In this document: positions 47,950 to 61,310 of the stretch, piece by piece
How positions within the stretch are numbered: position 1 is the first letter of the stretch
Layout of the letters: each line of letters starts with the position of its first letter
Assembly: GCA_949358305.1 (NCBI GenBank)
Contig: OX442314.1
Location: forward strand, 27,404,001-27,468,000
Reading direction: 5' to 3'
Source: Strigamia acuminata
Lineage: Eukaryota
Length of the DNA: 64,000 nt
Position numbers and translations under genes: made by a program
Notes under the pieces: model-generated
What the model saw: the letters and a program-made list of their open reading frames with translations, nothing else
Database searches by the model: none
What the model was told of the DNA's origin: nothing

Positions 47950-50394
47950 CTAATTGACCCCCTTGTTGCACAAATAATTTTTGAATGACTCATCTTTGGT
48001 GTTATTCAACAATGCAGCCAATTCCTTGTTTGTACGGTGAAAGGTCGTCCCGTTGTCGCTGTACAATGTCTTTGGTAGTCCTCGGCGACTCACAAATCGT
48101 TCGAATGCGTCGATGAAATCAGGCGTGTTGAGCGAGGGCACCAATTCGAGATGCACCGCTCGGGTGTTAGCACAAGTAAACAGTGCGATGTATGCCTTTG
48201 TTTTGCGTCCTCTTATGTACAGGGGTCCCGCGAAGTCGACTCCTGTGACCGCAAATGGCTCGCAACGGGTGATTCTGTCAAATGGCAGCAATCCGGGTGA
48301 TTCTTGCATCAATTTTCCCTGCACCTTCTTGCACGTGACACATCGACTTAATGTTGACTTCAAGGTTCTCCTTGCGGCCGGTGTCCAGTATGACTCTCTA
48401 AATTGGGCGAGCGTTGCTGTCAAGCCGCAGTGGAGAACCTGGGAATGAGAATGCAAAAATATTAGTTTGGTCAATTCGCATTTTTGTGGTAACACGATAG
48501 GTTGTGTTGCTGTTTGTTCATCTTTGGAGGTTTGTAGTCTGGTCCTCAGTCTCATTACTCCATTTGCATCGATGAACGGGTTGAGCAGCTTTAATTTGGA
48601 TGCTGCCATCAATGGTTTCCCCTCGGTCAGTTGCTTCATTTCTGCGGCGTAGTGTTGCCGTTGCGAAGCGATGATCAATTTTTGCTTTGCCGTCACGAGT
48701 TCCTCTGCATTCAAAACCCCTTGTTGACGATGTCCGCTGTCTGCTTTTTGTTTTGAGTTGTGTGCAAAACGATAGCACCAGGCCCACACTCGACATGTGC
48801 GTAAATATGACCTGGAAATTGGAAATGCAAAATTTTGATTATTTTTTTGTTGAACTGCATTCGCGTGGGTTTCTCCGCTTGGCTCCTCGTGTTCGTCAGC
48901 CTCGCTGTCCAATTCGTCTGGGTCTATGGTTAATTCCATCTTATTATTTGGCCAGTTCGCTTGTTCTTCACTTAGCCATTTTGGCCCTTTCCACCACAGT
49001 TCGTCATTTGTCAGCTCCGCTGCATCAATGCCTCTTGTCAGTCGATCGGCTGGATTTTCCGGGCCCGCGACGTGTTTCCATGCCTTTACATGCGATTTTT
49101 CTCTGATTTCGATCGCCCGGTTGTTTATAAACGTTGGTGGTCGCTTGGATGTGTTTGTTATCCAATGCAAGCAGATCTGACTGTCGGTCCAGTAATGGTA
49201 TCGGTTGCAGTCCATCACCTCTATTAATTGGTCTCTGAGGCGTACTGCAAGAAGGGCGCCCATTAGTTCTAGCTTGGGCAGCGTCAATGGTTTTACTGGA
49301 GCCACTCTAGATTTAGAAAATAAAAAACTTATTATTATTAAATTTTCTTCCTTTCTGCGCATATAAGCCACAGCGCCATAAGCTCTCGGGCTGGCGTCGC
49401 AGAATATGTGAATCTCGTTTTCTTGATGTGGTTTAAATCCAATCCATCTTGGCAGTTGGACTTCTCTCAATTTGGGGACTTGATTCGCCCATTTTTTCCA
49501 AGTTTCTTGCATTTCTTCATTTAATTTCTCGTCCCACTTCAGGTTTCTTAGCCACAAGGTTTGGAAAAAAATCTTTGCCGTAATGGTAAATGGACTTGCG
49601 AATCCCAATGGATCGAAAATTTGTGCAGTCATGCGGATGACTTCTCGTTTAGTGATTTGGTTGGTTTTGACGTCGTCTGTAATTTCCACAGCAAGGCTTA
49701 TTTGGTCTGTGTTTGGACTCCATCGTAATCCCAAAACTTTGGTTTCGTCATCGTTCATCAGATCGCAGTCGGATGGGACTTCTTGTCGCATTATTGCTCG
49801 CAATTTGGTCGAATTTGTCTGCCATTTTACAAACTCCATTCCCGCTGCGGCCATGATGATGCGCGCTTGTCGAAAAATTTCTTCCGCCTTTTCCTCATTG
49901 TCCAGTGAGGAAATCAAATCGTCCATATAGAGAAACTGATGTATAAATTCGACAGCTTGTGGAAATTCGTCCTTAAACTTCTCCAGGTGGTGCTTTATGG
50001 TCGCACTCAGCAGGAATGGGCTGGGGGCAGCGCCAAACAGCACTCGAGTTTGTCTCAAAATCTTGATTATTGCTCGTCCAATTCCGTCCCACATCTCATC
50101 GATCCAAAAAAAACGAGTTGCATCGCGATCCCTCATGACAATCTCTATTTGATGAAATGCTTTCTTGATATCGGCTATTAATGCAAACTCATGAGTTCGA
50201 AACTTCAGCAAAATAAAAATCAAAGATGGGAGTAAATTGGCTCCTTTTGATAAACAGTCATTTAGAGACAATTGGCCCTTTTTATGTGAAGAAGCGTCGA
50301 ATACTATTCGCAATTTGGTCGTCACTCGCTCTTCCTTGACCACAGGCCTATGTGGCATGTAGTAGACTGGACCAGGAGCTTCGCCCTTTGGCAC
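47950..50394 (-). CDS. pol: BEL/Pao RT - RNase H - partial integrase
   Basis: KLRIVFDAS, ADIKKAFHQI, YMDD, FCDAS, KSRVAP, WTDS, NPAD, GVDFAGP, YSDNGT; ends before the catalytic E. Confidence 0.9.
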   Translation of the reverse strand: MPKGEAPGPVYYMPHRPVVKEERVTTKLRIVFDASSHKKGQLSLNDCLSKGANLLPSLIFILLKFRTHEFALIADIKKAFHQIEIVMRDRDATRFFWIDEMWDGIGRAIIKILRQTRVLFGAAPSPFLLSATIKHHLEKFKDEFPQAVEFIHQFLYMDDLISSLDNEEKAEEIFRQARIIMAAAGMEFVKWQTNSTKLRAIMRQEVPSDCDLMNDDETKVLGLRWSPNTDQISLAVEITDDVKTNQITKREVIRMTAQIFDPLGFASPFTITAKIFFQTLWLRNLKWDEKLNEEMQETWKKWANQVPKLREVQLPRWIGFKPHQENEIHIFCDASPRAYGAVAYMRRKEENLIIISFLFSKSRVAPVKPLTLPKLELMGALLAVRLRDQLIEVMDCNRYHYWTDSQICLHWITNTSKRPPTFINNRAIEIREKSHVKAWKHVAGPENPADRLTRGIDAAELTNDELWWKGPKWLSEEQANWPNNKMELTIDPDELDSEADEHEEPSGETHANAVQQKNNQNFAFPISRSYLRTCRVWAWCYRFAHNSKQKADSGHRQQGVLNAEELVTAKQKLIIASQRQHYAAEMKQLTEGKPLMAASKLKLLNPFIDANGVMRLRTRLQTSKDEQTATQPIVLPQKCELTKLIFLHSHSQVLHCGLTATLAQFRESYWTPAARRTLKSTLSRCVTCKKVQGKLMQESPGLLPFDRITRCEPFAVTGVDFAGPLYIRGRKTKAYIALFTCANTRAVHLELVPSLNTPDFIDAFERFVSRRGLPKTLYSDNGTTFHRTNKELAALLNNTKDESFKNYLCNKGVN

Positions 50395-52605
50395 CTCTTC
50401 AACAATGTTTTGCTCGATCTGCTCATCAATGACTTTTTATATTCGAGATATAAATTGGGCTGCTTACGGAAACGTCGCACCAGGTTGAGAAATCTCTGCT
50501 CGGCGATTTGATAATTGTCAGCAAGCTCCTCCGGATTCACGGTCCACGGCAGCTGGACGGAATAATGGCTCCCTGTCCAGTTGATGGTTTGGTTAAATTT
50601 TTTGACTATTTCCTCATCTCCCGTGGCGGTCATGGATTCATGCTGCACCCCAATCGATTCGAGCTCCCAAAAATTTCGTAACAGGTCATCTGTGGAAGGG
50701 ACAATGGTTATTTTGTTGGCTTGTGTCGGCGACGCGATGATCTGTGTCCCCTGCGTCGTTTGTCCGTGCAACGTCCATCCCAAAATTGTGTTTACAGCAG
50801 CCAAATTTTCCTCGATAAATTTGGATTGACCCGTGGTAATTTTATTGTAGTGGTCTACGCCAAGAAGAATGTCCACTTCGCTCGAATGTAAGGCGGCCTG
50901 TTTGCAGTTCACTTGGATTCCCAAGTCTTTTAATTTGCTGCTTAACTGGGGGGTCGGAATTTCAGTTGGAGTGGTCGTGCATCGTGGCGTTTCAATTGCG
51001 TCGATTAATATGGCTGGAGACGTTCCATTGATCGGTTGTATCTTCACCTGGACTCGGTTTCTCACTTCCATCTTGGGATGCTGACCAAAAGTGGCGAGGT
51101 TTATTTTTTCCGTGCCCAATTTTTTCAATTTCAGTTTTTGAGCCACGTCAGCGCGGATAAATGTGCGCTGTGCTCCGCCATCGATGTAGCAGACGCCCTT
51201 GGTTTGCAGCTTCTCTCCGCTCAATTGTGCCATCTGGATCATCAAAAATTCAACAGCTGGTCGATTTACGCTGACAACTGCATTTTGTTTGATTTCAGTC
51301 ACTTCAATCTGTCTGCCGGAATTCGAATCGTTGGTCGCCGTCGATTTTGGCTTGGTGCACAAATATGTGTGGTGCTGTCCCTCGCATCGAAAGCACTTCA
51401 TTGATGTGCGGCATTCTTTGGTCGGGTGCGGTGTTCGTCCGAGACACCGAAAACAAACGTTTTTTGCTTTTAATTTCGCCATTCGTTCCTCGGCGTTGAG
51501 TGGGCAGACTTTTCGATCATGGCTCTTCGATTCGCAAAATTGGCAGGTCTTGACTGCAATCGACATCATTGACGCGGAGCTTTCTTGGACTCTTTTGTCT
51601 CTCTTGTCGAATCGTTTCTTCTCCTTCTTGAAGCTCGGGGCGTCGGGAGTCGCATTCGATTTTTGATGTGATGCAGTCTGTTTTGATTGGTTCGCCATCA
51701 TTTCGTATTGTGCTTCTTTCGTCACGAAATCGTGCAGCCAGTTCATGAGGCGGGGGACCGATCGTTCTGCAGCGTTCTCTCGATCATACTCACGCATCAG
51801 TGTGCGTGGAATTGCCGTGGCCAGCGTGGGAAAGAGCGTTCTTTGGTACTCCTCGAGATTCACGTCAATATTGCTTAAATTCTCGATGTTTATTTCGACG
51901 TGGCGGTGCAAACGCTGCAGCCCAGCTTGATCTTTCTCGTCCTTCACTGCAGGTAAAACAGACAAATTATTTATGAATCGATTCTCCAACAAAATTTTAT
52001 CGCCGTATTTTCTTTTCAAGCGATCAATTGCGACCAGGTAATTTGGTTCGGTAATTTCCAACGCTTTGATGTCATTCAAAGCGTCCCCGTGCAGATACGT
52101 GCGCAGGTGAAGTAATTTGTTCACATTGTCCAACTGTGCATCGTCTCCATACTGCACGCTAAATGTTCTCCAGAACCCACTCCAATCCTCTGGCCGCCTA
52201 CCGTCAAATTTTGGCACTTCCAACGGCTTCCTTTTTATAGAATTGTTAATTGTTGGATTTAATGGTAGCGGCAAATTTTGAGGCACAGCGGGCTGAACTG
52301 GATAATTCCGAGCAGTGTACGTCATAATGGCGGCTCTAGTTGATGCAGCGCGGTCCTCTATGGCGTCGATCGCGTTGCTCACCTCGTCCACCTCAAGGTC
52401 ACTTTTTGCCAAGTCCATGGCCAAATCACTGGCTTTTGTAACGCGGAGCATTTTGCCCGCCAGTTGATCTGTCCAGATGCTGAGCACGTCTTTGGTCACC
52501 ACCGGCACGCCAGCAAAGGCAGTTGTAATGGCGGCCATTAATGTCTCTGCAGCCTGGATGGCTGTGGTCAAGGCCCTTCTTTTCAATTCAAATTTCGGAG
52601 GCATT
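50322..52605 (-). CDS. gag: BEL/Pao Gag-protease region
   Basis: MPPK start, PKFDG...W..FW motif, three CCHC knuckles, YIDGGAQRTF protease; frameshift to RT at the A5 run 50434-50438. Confidence 0.88.
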
Positions 52606-53490
52606 TTTTTACTTGCAGTTTGGGGTACTCCCGGGTTTCGGCACCAAAATGTAGATTCCAATCGCTTTTAGTTGGTCTTCTAAAGTCTCTGGCTTCTTTG
52701 TAATTTTAAGTGTATGTTTTAAATAAATCTGCAGCTTGCTTCCACCATGAATTTTGTACACTCACTGGGGTTAAACTTTATTGTCTTCAAAAAGATATAT
52801 ACAAAAACGCTCCTATTGGAGCACCACTAATCCGATAATTGGCTTCAGCTGCATTCCTAGAAGGAGAGCTGAAGCCAGGTCATGTGACAATAATCTAACC
52901 CTCTTTAAATAAAAGGTTAATGACACTAAATTGTAAATAAACAAATAAAAAACATAATAAATGGAAATATTAAATATCAAATCAAAAAATATGGAAATTA
53001 GCAAATAAAGACACTAAAATATTATAATAAGAATTAATAAGAACAAATATCAAATAGAAAACATTATTAAATCAAGGTTTACAAAATAGCAATAATAATG
53101 GCACATTAAAGGGAATGTGCACCCAAATTAAAATGTTATGAAATCAAAATACAAAAATATCAAATAAAATGACACATTAAAGGGAATGTGAACCTGAGGT
53201 AAAACGCCAGTTTTCACAACTACATAACCTACGTACAGTTTAACGTCGATGGTACTTAAATGATGAAAACTAATTATATTTTAAATTAATTTTCGTATTT
53301 GGAAAGTAATTTTAAATTAATTTAATTTCTTTTTCACACGAACTGAAAATGATTATGGTTGTAAAACTCAGAAAGTTAATTTGTTTCTAACTTAATGTTT
53401 TCTAAGTCATGACTCTTTTCAATTTGTCAACAGCAATGAAAGGAACTAAAGTCATTAAAGTTTAATGAAATATTGACGTTTCAAAACTAT

Positions 53491-53920
53491 CACTAGAAAA
53501 AAAAGTAAATTTCCAAACATTTCCAAGTTGGAAATTAATATGGAAAATTTGAATTTCCTATTATGAGAAAATTTGTTGGAAATGTGTTGTAAATATTCAT
53601 ACATTTCCACACTTTTGGAAATGAGTAGTAAAAGTGAAATCTATATTTCCAATAAATTGTAAATTTGTTTTTAAAATATTATATTTACAATCAGTTTTTT
53701 TTCAGATGAAAATGTTGTTTGGATATTTCCAAAACATTGTAAATATAAAGGTAGATGGATCTTACAAGTTTGGAAATTAGATTTACAAACAATTGAAAAA
53801 ACGTTTTTTCTCAATATATTTACAACCTATTAAAGAGACCATTTACATGACTTTTATATTTACATGACCTTTATATTTACAATGTTTTACAAAAATGTAA
53901 ATCTACTTTTTTTTCCAGTG
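53491..53920. mobile_element. CACTA/CMC-like MITE
   Basis: TIRs CACTAGAAAAAAAAGTAAATTT / AAATCTACTTTTTTTTCCAGTG flanked by TAT; absent from other units. Confidence 0.7.
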
Positions 53921-54690
53921 TATACTTGTAAGCTGGATTTATGATGGTTGTTTGCGAGAGAGGAGTCCGTTTACATCATTTTTTACTATGAATTTTTTGA
54001 AAGTATAAATACCTCGCCACGGTCATTTATTTTGTCTCGTCCTTTGCAGGTAATGTTAAATAACCAGTTCAAGGTGTAACTTTCGTGGTTTGTTTTATCT
54101 GATAGTTTCTACCAAAATAATATTCTACAATATACTTAAAGGAATAAAGTGTTTGTGACGTGTGCAGTCTTGTCCATAGCAAACTGGGGATTGATTACTA
54201 TGGGTGGGACTGGCCTTCACGTAAATAATGGAGACAGGGATTCCGGATTGTTGGGTTTTGGTCTGTAATCCGCAGTTCCCATCACCCGTGTCGGCGATGC
54301 CCTTAGAGCATTCCACACCCGCAACCGACCCATCACACATGGGCGTTTGCCCGTGAGTGACATGGTCGGATAATACTGTTGCATTTATGATGTGTGCAAC
54401 TCCGACTGCAGGAATGCAGTCGTCATGTTTGTCTTCCTGTTTGGGCATGAAACCCAAGAGAAAGTAAGACGTGTTACGTATATGAGTCGGATTTTGAAGT
54501 CGACTAGTTTATTTATTGCATTAAGAATGGTTGGTTGCCTAGGAGAATCCGTACATGATTGTTGTTAGTCAAAATGGAGTGTGTGATACACAACATGCCT
54601 TCCCCCTGTAATAATTTTAGAAGGGGAAGACAGTGCGAGCGGTGGCTTGGCGTCCTGCGACGGGTGTAGCGTCCCACGATGAGCGGTGAC

Positions 54691-55023
54691 GGAGTTACTT
54701 TAGAATATGGCCCGCTTCAGAATGGGCCAAAAATTTGGTTACATGCCAAACAAACCTCCCTAAGTCCGAAAATGACACTTAAAAATGTCGGAAATGAACC
54801 TAACTTGACATGGCCTAGCCTATCCTTAACATAACCTAACCTAACCTAACAATACCATTAAGATTAGGTTAGGTTAAGGATAGGCTAGTCCAGGTTAAGT
54901 GAGGTTAAAGTTAGGTTCATTTCCGACACTTTTGAGTGTCATTTTCGGACTCAGGAGGCTTTATTTGGTAAGTAACCAAATTTTGGGCTCATTCTGAAGC
55001 GGGCCATATTCTAAAGTAAACCC
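54691..55023. mobile_element. Foldback MITE with internal AACCT repeats
   Basis: Long inverted arms TTACTTTAGAATATGGCCCGCTTCAGAATG / CATTCTGAAGCGGGCCATATTCTAAAGTAA; TSD GCGGTGAC. Confidence 0.8.
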
Positions 55024-55168
55024 GCGGTGACTGTGGCAACAAGATGCTCGGACTGGTGGCAGGGTGTGGCGGCTATGTCGCCAGTGGCGGATGCGACGAT
55101 GACTCACCGGATGCGACGATGACTCACCGGATGCGACGGCGACTCGCAGATGAGGCGGCGATGTGCTT

Positions 55169-55471
55169 TGTGAAATCGCAAATGTTTCCTCATTGGGGCG
55201 TGGAATACATCACAGATTGGCACTGGCTTAAAGTATTTTTAACGAGAATGTGTAATTTTGAATTAATATTTACAGCTGTTTATTGGTTTTAGGTGACGCG
55301 TTGTGGAGAGTTTATTGTCCCGTTGGACAATCATACAAAGAAACCGTACGAAAACTTTATTCTCGGTCGAGTAATGGGCTCGACGATAAACATACCAAAG
55401 GATTTGATTTTTGTCAGCGTTCCTAGATTTATTGGAGGATTTTGTTCCAGCGAAGGCGAAATATTTGGAGA
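55169..55471 (+). pseudogene. METTL4: METTL4-like fragment, unit 5, with internal deletions
   Basis: VKSQMFPHW..WHWLK and KKPYENFILGR retained; HSHKP, the second intron and the last exon deleted. Confidence 0.75.
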
Positions 55472-55939
55472 TTTGGAGATTTCGAATGGAGTAATGACCG
55501 CAAACAGTGAGCACCGACTAATTAATTTATTTCAAAATACAAATTTGGTAACTACAATATTCAAAATAAAACAGTAGGGCCATGTTAGCTGCAAAACGTG
55601 TTAAAAGTGGAAAAACATTACACGGATTTATTAGTACGGTATGTGCGAATAACTTTGCAGCAAGTGATAAAACAAACATGACTCAATTGGTATTTTGTGC
55701 ATTACATAAATCATTGCATGCTATTATGGCAAATCTGAATAATAATGTCCAAAAAGCAAACACAAAGACAAGTGAACTCTCTGTGTTACGGACATAAGCT
55801 TAGGACAGGCATCTGAAAGGTGTCAGGTCCAGCAGTGATACGTTTACACAATATGAGGCTCCAAGGTGCAGTGTAACTTCTGGACCCTTCGTAGTAGCCC
55901 TTTTCGGTGCCCTAATTACATATGACTTGACACAGATGG

Positions 55940-58900
55940 TTAGTATGTTTTCTTTAATTTAACTAACTCAGAAATCAGCTTTTGCAAGAGTTGTGGAATT
56001 GCAAGAATAGAAAGGCCAAGCATCAGTGAAAAACAATTTCCAATGTCACAACACAGTGCAACTCTAGTGTAGGATAATACTTGTGAATACTCTTCAATTA
56101 TGTTATTCAGTGGAACTATTGAAAGAACTTTGATTGGCCATGCATCGGGATGTTGAAAGTAAACATATGTGTCAAACACTGGTTCTTCACAAAGTGGATG
56201 ACAACCGCACTCTTTCATTACATCAGTAGTTAAAGATCTGTTCAAGAACAATCCCAATGAAGTTTTAGCGTTTTCAATATTGCTACAATCATTCTTTTTG
56301 ATGTTGACCAAAAATGGTAACCTAAAAATATTTGAATAACTTATATTACAGACTACATCGTAGAACGTTTAGTACAAAGTTCGTAAGTGTAATTTCTTTG
56401 GGTTTTTTTTATTTTGTAAACAAAGAAAAACCAAGCAAATGATACGTATGACAAATTTCTGCGTAAATACTAAAAGAAAAAATACTCACTTGCACTGAAT
56501 TTCATTATAAATCTTCTTTTCGTAGCAATCGTCTTGGCATCTTTGGTGTTTGTCTCGGTCAAGGCAAGGTTGAGATTGTAAATTCAATCGGATGGTCTAA
56601 ATTAAAACAACTGGTTAAGCAGTTTTGTTTAGAATTGTCTGCAAACATACTTTAAACATTTTGAATGTGAGAATGGTAAACGTGTTTGCTTTAATTCTTC
56701 TTCTGCTTCTGAGAATTGAGGGAATTGATGGGATTGTTGCTTCGCTTTGTTGAAAGTACACCTGCAGAAAGAAAATTATATTTTATCATTATTAAAGATC
56801 AGTTTGCTTCTAATGAAATAGCATTGCAGTTAACTAAAATACAAGATGGTGCAGGTATATTTTATCTCCGTGCATTCTGCTAAGCTCTATAGTAAATTTC
56901 TTACAACATTATTTAGTTGGATTATGAGTGTATGACAATGAGTTTTTGCAGTTAGCTAAGGTCGAGCTTAGCAGATAGGGTAGTATCTGCCAAGTGCAAT
57001 GTACTTATTCGAGTTCTGTGCATGATCAACAGTTGATGACAAATGAAATTTATTCCTTACTTCATACACATCTGGCTTACAGATTTGACGACTGTTTGGT
57101 CGAAAACTAAAAAATATTGTTGTAGTAGCACCTGCATATGTTACTGGACCTAAGAAAACAATGCCGTTTTAGTCGTTCTATAACTTTTGCACAAATTTTT
57201 AATTACTAATATGAGATTGATAGCATGTTCCTGTGTGCATTGGTATTTTGCTCCAAGATACATTAGATCTCAACCCTGTGTTCTGATAAGAAAATACAAT
57301 TTTGTTAAATTTGGGAGAATTTGATTAAAGGCACGAGTTTCATCTAACACTCGCACATTTTATCTTACGGGTAACGACTTACATTTATCAAATGTCTTTT
57401 GATTCAATGGCTTTGTTTACACAATGCTTATTGACTCATTGACTCAACAGACATTTTTAAATATCGGACCAAACACTTACACTTTCAGCAATATCCATGG
57501 TGACCTTATCCATTACGGGTGTTTGAAATCTCCATACATCTTCCATCGATGATTTTTTCCCTCTGGTAGTCTTATTCATTAAATCAATGAAGTGAATTTT
57601 ACATTCTGGAATGCCTGTAGTCTTGGCGTATTGGCTTCTGTAGTGTGTCATTAAGGGTCCGTCCATACATGCAATAATGTTGGGCAGATACAATGTGTCA
57701 TTTTCTTGAATATTTACTACATATCTTGTCGGTTCGCTCAAATATAATGTGATTCTTTCTTTGCTAACATAAACTGCTAGCAAGCCGGAAATAAAAACAA
57801 GAATACGATACAACGTGCGTTGAAGCATGGGCGAAGTTTTCATTGTCTTTTTCTTCAAATTTTCCAAATTGATTTGTTTAACAACTTTTGTTTTTATCTG
57901 AGTTTGTAGTCGAATAGGTCTGATATAATTGCAGAAGAGGAGCAAACCAAAGTGTACAATTTCGATTATATAGAGGAGAGACAATCCCAAGCAAAATCCT
58001 AGGTTGCCGCCAAAATCGATCACCAAATCAGGAATTTTGTAAATGTAGATTTCTGTCATTCTGACAAATGTTTCTTCCATCACTTTAAGATTTAAACTTG
58101 CTAAATCTTTACTACTGGGTTCATCTTCAAAATCTAACAGTGAAAGATGAATAATTTTGTTATAATTACACGTAAAAATGATATCGTTTGACTTAACTAG
58201 TATCGGTGTTCACTATTAGGAGATAAACTCTTGTTTGACAAGGTCTTAAGCAACCACATTCAATTGTCGCCAGTGTGGATGTTTCGGGATGGTAGGAGTC
58301 GTCATACACTTTAAACACAATTGATTTGTTTGCTTCTAAACTGCAGTCTGGCAGATTTTTGTCAGCCATGTAAGGCAACCTAAGTTAACAATCTATCAGC
58401 ATTATCAATTGTTTCAGTGAACTAAGTTTACAGACCTGCATGGTGGATGTTTTTTTAGAGTTTGTTTTGTCACACAGTCTTCGTAACATTGGGTTTGCTT
58501 TATCAGGCTGGGCTCACAGAAGGGCTTTCTTGAAGGCAAAAATTGATACTTGCAGAAAAGAAATACAATATCACTATTTTAGTTATATGTATCGATGTAC
58601 AAATCAAATGTATTATAAATGCATAGAGATAACTGATTATGCGACGCGATTCACAGTTGAATAAGCTGCAAGATATATACAAATAATCAATTATAACTCA
58701 CTTGACGCAAAATAAATTGAAATTCAACTTCAATTCCCATCTGTATTGGCATAGTATATCTATACGGCATGACACCATCCTTTATTGACATCTAGCATTA
58801 AATGGTGTTATGTATATTATATTAATTTTACACTGCATTCAAAAAGTCATGTTTTAAATGTTTTAGGTGTTTGTTTTTCTTATTCTTTTTTAAACATCAG

Positions 58901-60244
58901 AAATCAAAAACACAAACACATACAGTGGTCGCCAAAAGTTTAGCACCACTACTGTCAGTTGTGTTATTTAGTGCTTTTACAACAAGTAAAGCCTGCAGCG
59001 TCTTTCTGATACAAAATATGAATTTGGCATTAAATTTTAATCATTGAAATGATGTAATGTTGTTTGTATTTTCTAAGTAAATGTATCTTGAAGTCATAAA
59101 ATAAAGATTTATGTTGGTTTATTTCAACATTCCTGTTTATTAAGTTTATTGATTGCTTCTTCCAGGGAACAAAAGAATTTTCAAATTTTTTTATTGGTTG
59201 TTTTGTCTGGAAAGCAGTCAAAATGGCAACCATTGTTTTGATCTATTTTTGGTATCACTATACAAGTGAAAAGGCTCTGCCAATCGGAAATAGGCCCAAG
59301 TTACACATGGACAGAGTATATAATAAGTTGATTTGACGTATCGATTGTGACAAAATAAACTGACCGTAATCATTGGTGCTTTACAGGTCCCATTTTTCTT
59401 AAAGACGGCATTAAATTTTCTGTTTAGAGCTAGTTTTACATCTAAAAAAATAGCTTAGTCAAAATTTATATAAACAGACAAGATAATTATCGTATATTAA
59501 TTTTACCTGTTGTTATAGTCAGTGTACGGCCAAAAACATAATCGTTGTGTTTTAATGCAATTGTTTTACCCTGACTTGTATAATTGCCACTTTTTATCTT
59601 AGTGCCAAGTAACACAGTTTTGCCCTAAAAAACGTTATTGGCAAATTATTGGAAACAATATTTATTAATATGGCTTTTTTACGTATCCAAAAGAACATGT
59701 AGTAAATATAATTTCTTTTTAAATTGCATAAAGGAATAAGGTTACTTACCTGTCTGAATTTTATGTGCTGCAAATTGTCTGAAATGTTGGAATGTTTCCA
59801 CAAGTGAGAATAATTTTCAACCTTGACTTGCTTTAAGATGATTCCTCTCACTGGGAGCCTGCAATCTCTCATTAACTCTTTTGTACCTTCAATTGTGTTA
59901 GGTTCTGGTATTTTGTCCCAGCACTTCGACATAAATGGAGTATCAAGAGCCATGAGTCTCACTTTAGGGAATCCGTTTTCCTGTATTGGAACAAATTCGA
60001 TTTCAACTTTGTAAGGTCCAGTCATGTAGAAGCGAAATCTTTCCCAAGTTTGATAACTGAAGATGCCGAAACAAACGACCAAACCAAGCAACCAAATGAA
60101 ACGAAGTATTCCAGTGTTCGCGAGAACTTGGTTTATAAATTGAAAACTATCTTTGCCCATCAGTGAAGTTTGCATTTTTTGTTGCACATATTGGCGAATA
60201 CGGTTACGGGTCCGACGAATAAGCAACGCTCTAGGAGCCGTCAT
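55940..60244 (-). CDS. Double-domain DEG/ENaC gene, copy 5
   Basis: Homologous exons (59594-60244, 58193-58378, 57457-58083, 55940-56311 ORFs); fewest TE insertions. Confidence 0.82.
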
Positions 60245-61310
60245 TTTTCTTCAAATCAACTTTAAAAGCTAAAACTACACAACTTACGTGCAGTTTAACG
60301 TCGATGGTACTTAAATGATGAAAACTAATTATATTTTAAATTAACTTTCGTATTTGGAAATAATTTTAAATTAATTTAATTTCTTTTTCACACGAACTGA
60401 AAATGATTATGGTTGTAAAACTCCAAAAGTTAATTTGTTTCCAACTTAATGTTATCTAAGGCAATGACTTTCTTCAATGAAAGGAACTAAAGTCATTAAA
60501 GTTTAATGAAATATTGACCTTTCAAAACTATAAGCTGAATTTATGATGGATGTTTGCAAGAGAGGAGTCAGTTTATATCATTTTTTACCAATAATTTTTT
60601 GAAAGTATAAAATATCTCGCCACGGTCATTTATTTTGTCGCGTCCTTTGCAAGTAATGTTAAATAACCGTGGTTTGTTTTACCTGATCGTTTCTACCAAA
60701 ATAATATTCTACAATATACTTAAAGGAATAAAGTGTTCGTGTCAGGTGCAGTCTTGTCCATAGCAACCTGGGGATTGATTACTATGGGTGGAACTGGACC
60801 TCACGTAAATAATGGAGACAGGGATTCCGGATTGTTGGGTTTTGGTCTTTAATCCGTTGTCAAGGGGTCGGAGTTCCCATCACCGTGTCGGCGATGCCCT
60901 TAGAGCATGCCACACCCGCAACCAACCCGTCAAACACAGAGCGTTTTCCCTTGAGTGACGTGGTCGGATAATACTGTTGCATATATGATGCGTGCAACTC
61001 TGACTGCAGGAATGCAGTCGTCATGTTTGTCTTCCTGTTTGGGCATGAAAGCCCAAGAGAAAGTAAGACGTGTTATCTGAGTGGGATTTTAGAGTCGATT
61101 AGTTTATTTATTCCATTAAGAATGGTTGGTTTCCTAGGAGAATCCTGGGCAACCAACAAAATGGCTTCCCGTGGTTCGAGCGTTTGCTCTCCATCACCGC
61201 CATTGCATTTTGGGTATTTTGGCCTACTTTTATGTATACATACACCAGTGAAATGGCTCAGCCAATAGGAACTTCCTACTATCTAACAGTGAGTCAGAGT
61301 ATAGGAGAAT

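Larger units (their letters stand above)
47351..53218 (-). mobile_element. BEL/Pao LTR retrotransposon, both LTRs present, integrase 3'-deleted
   Basis: 569-bp LTRs at 47351-47919 and 52650-53218, TSD ACTAC, PBS TGGTGCCGAAACCCGGGA (tRNA-Phe-like), PPT at 47920-47930. Confidence 0.95.
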
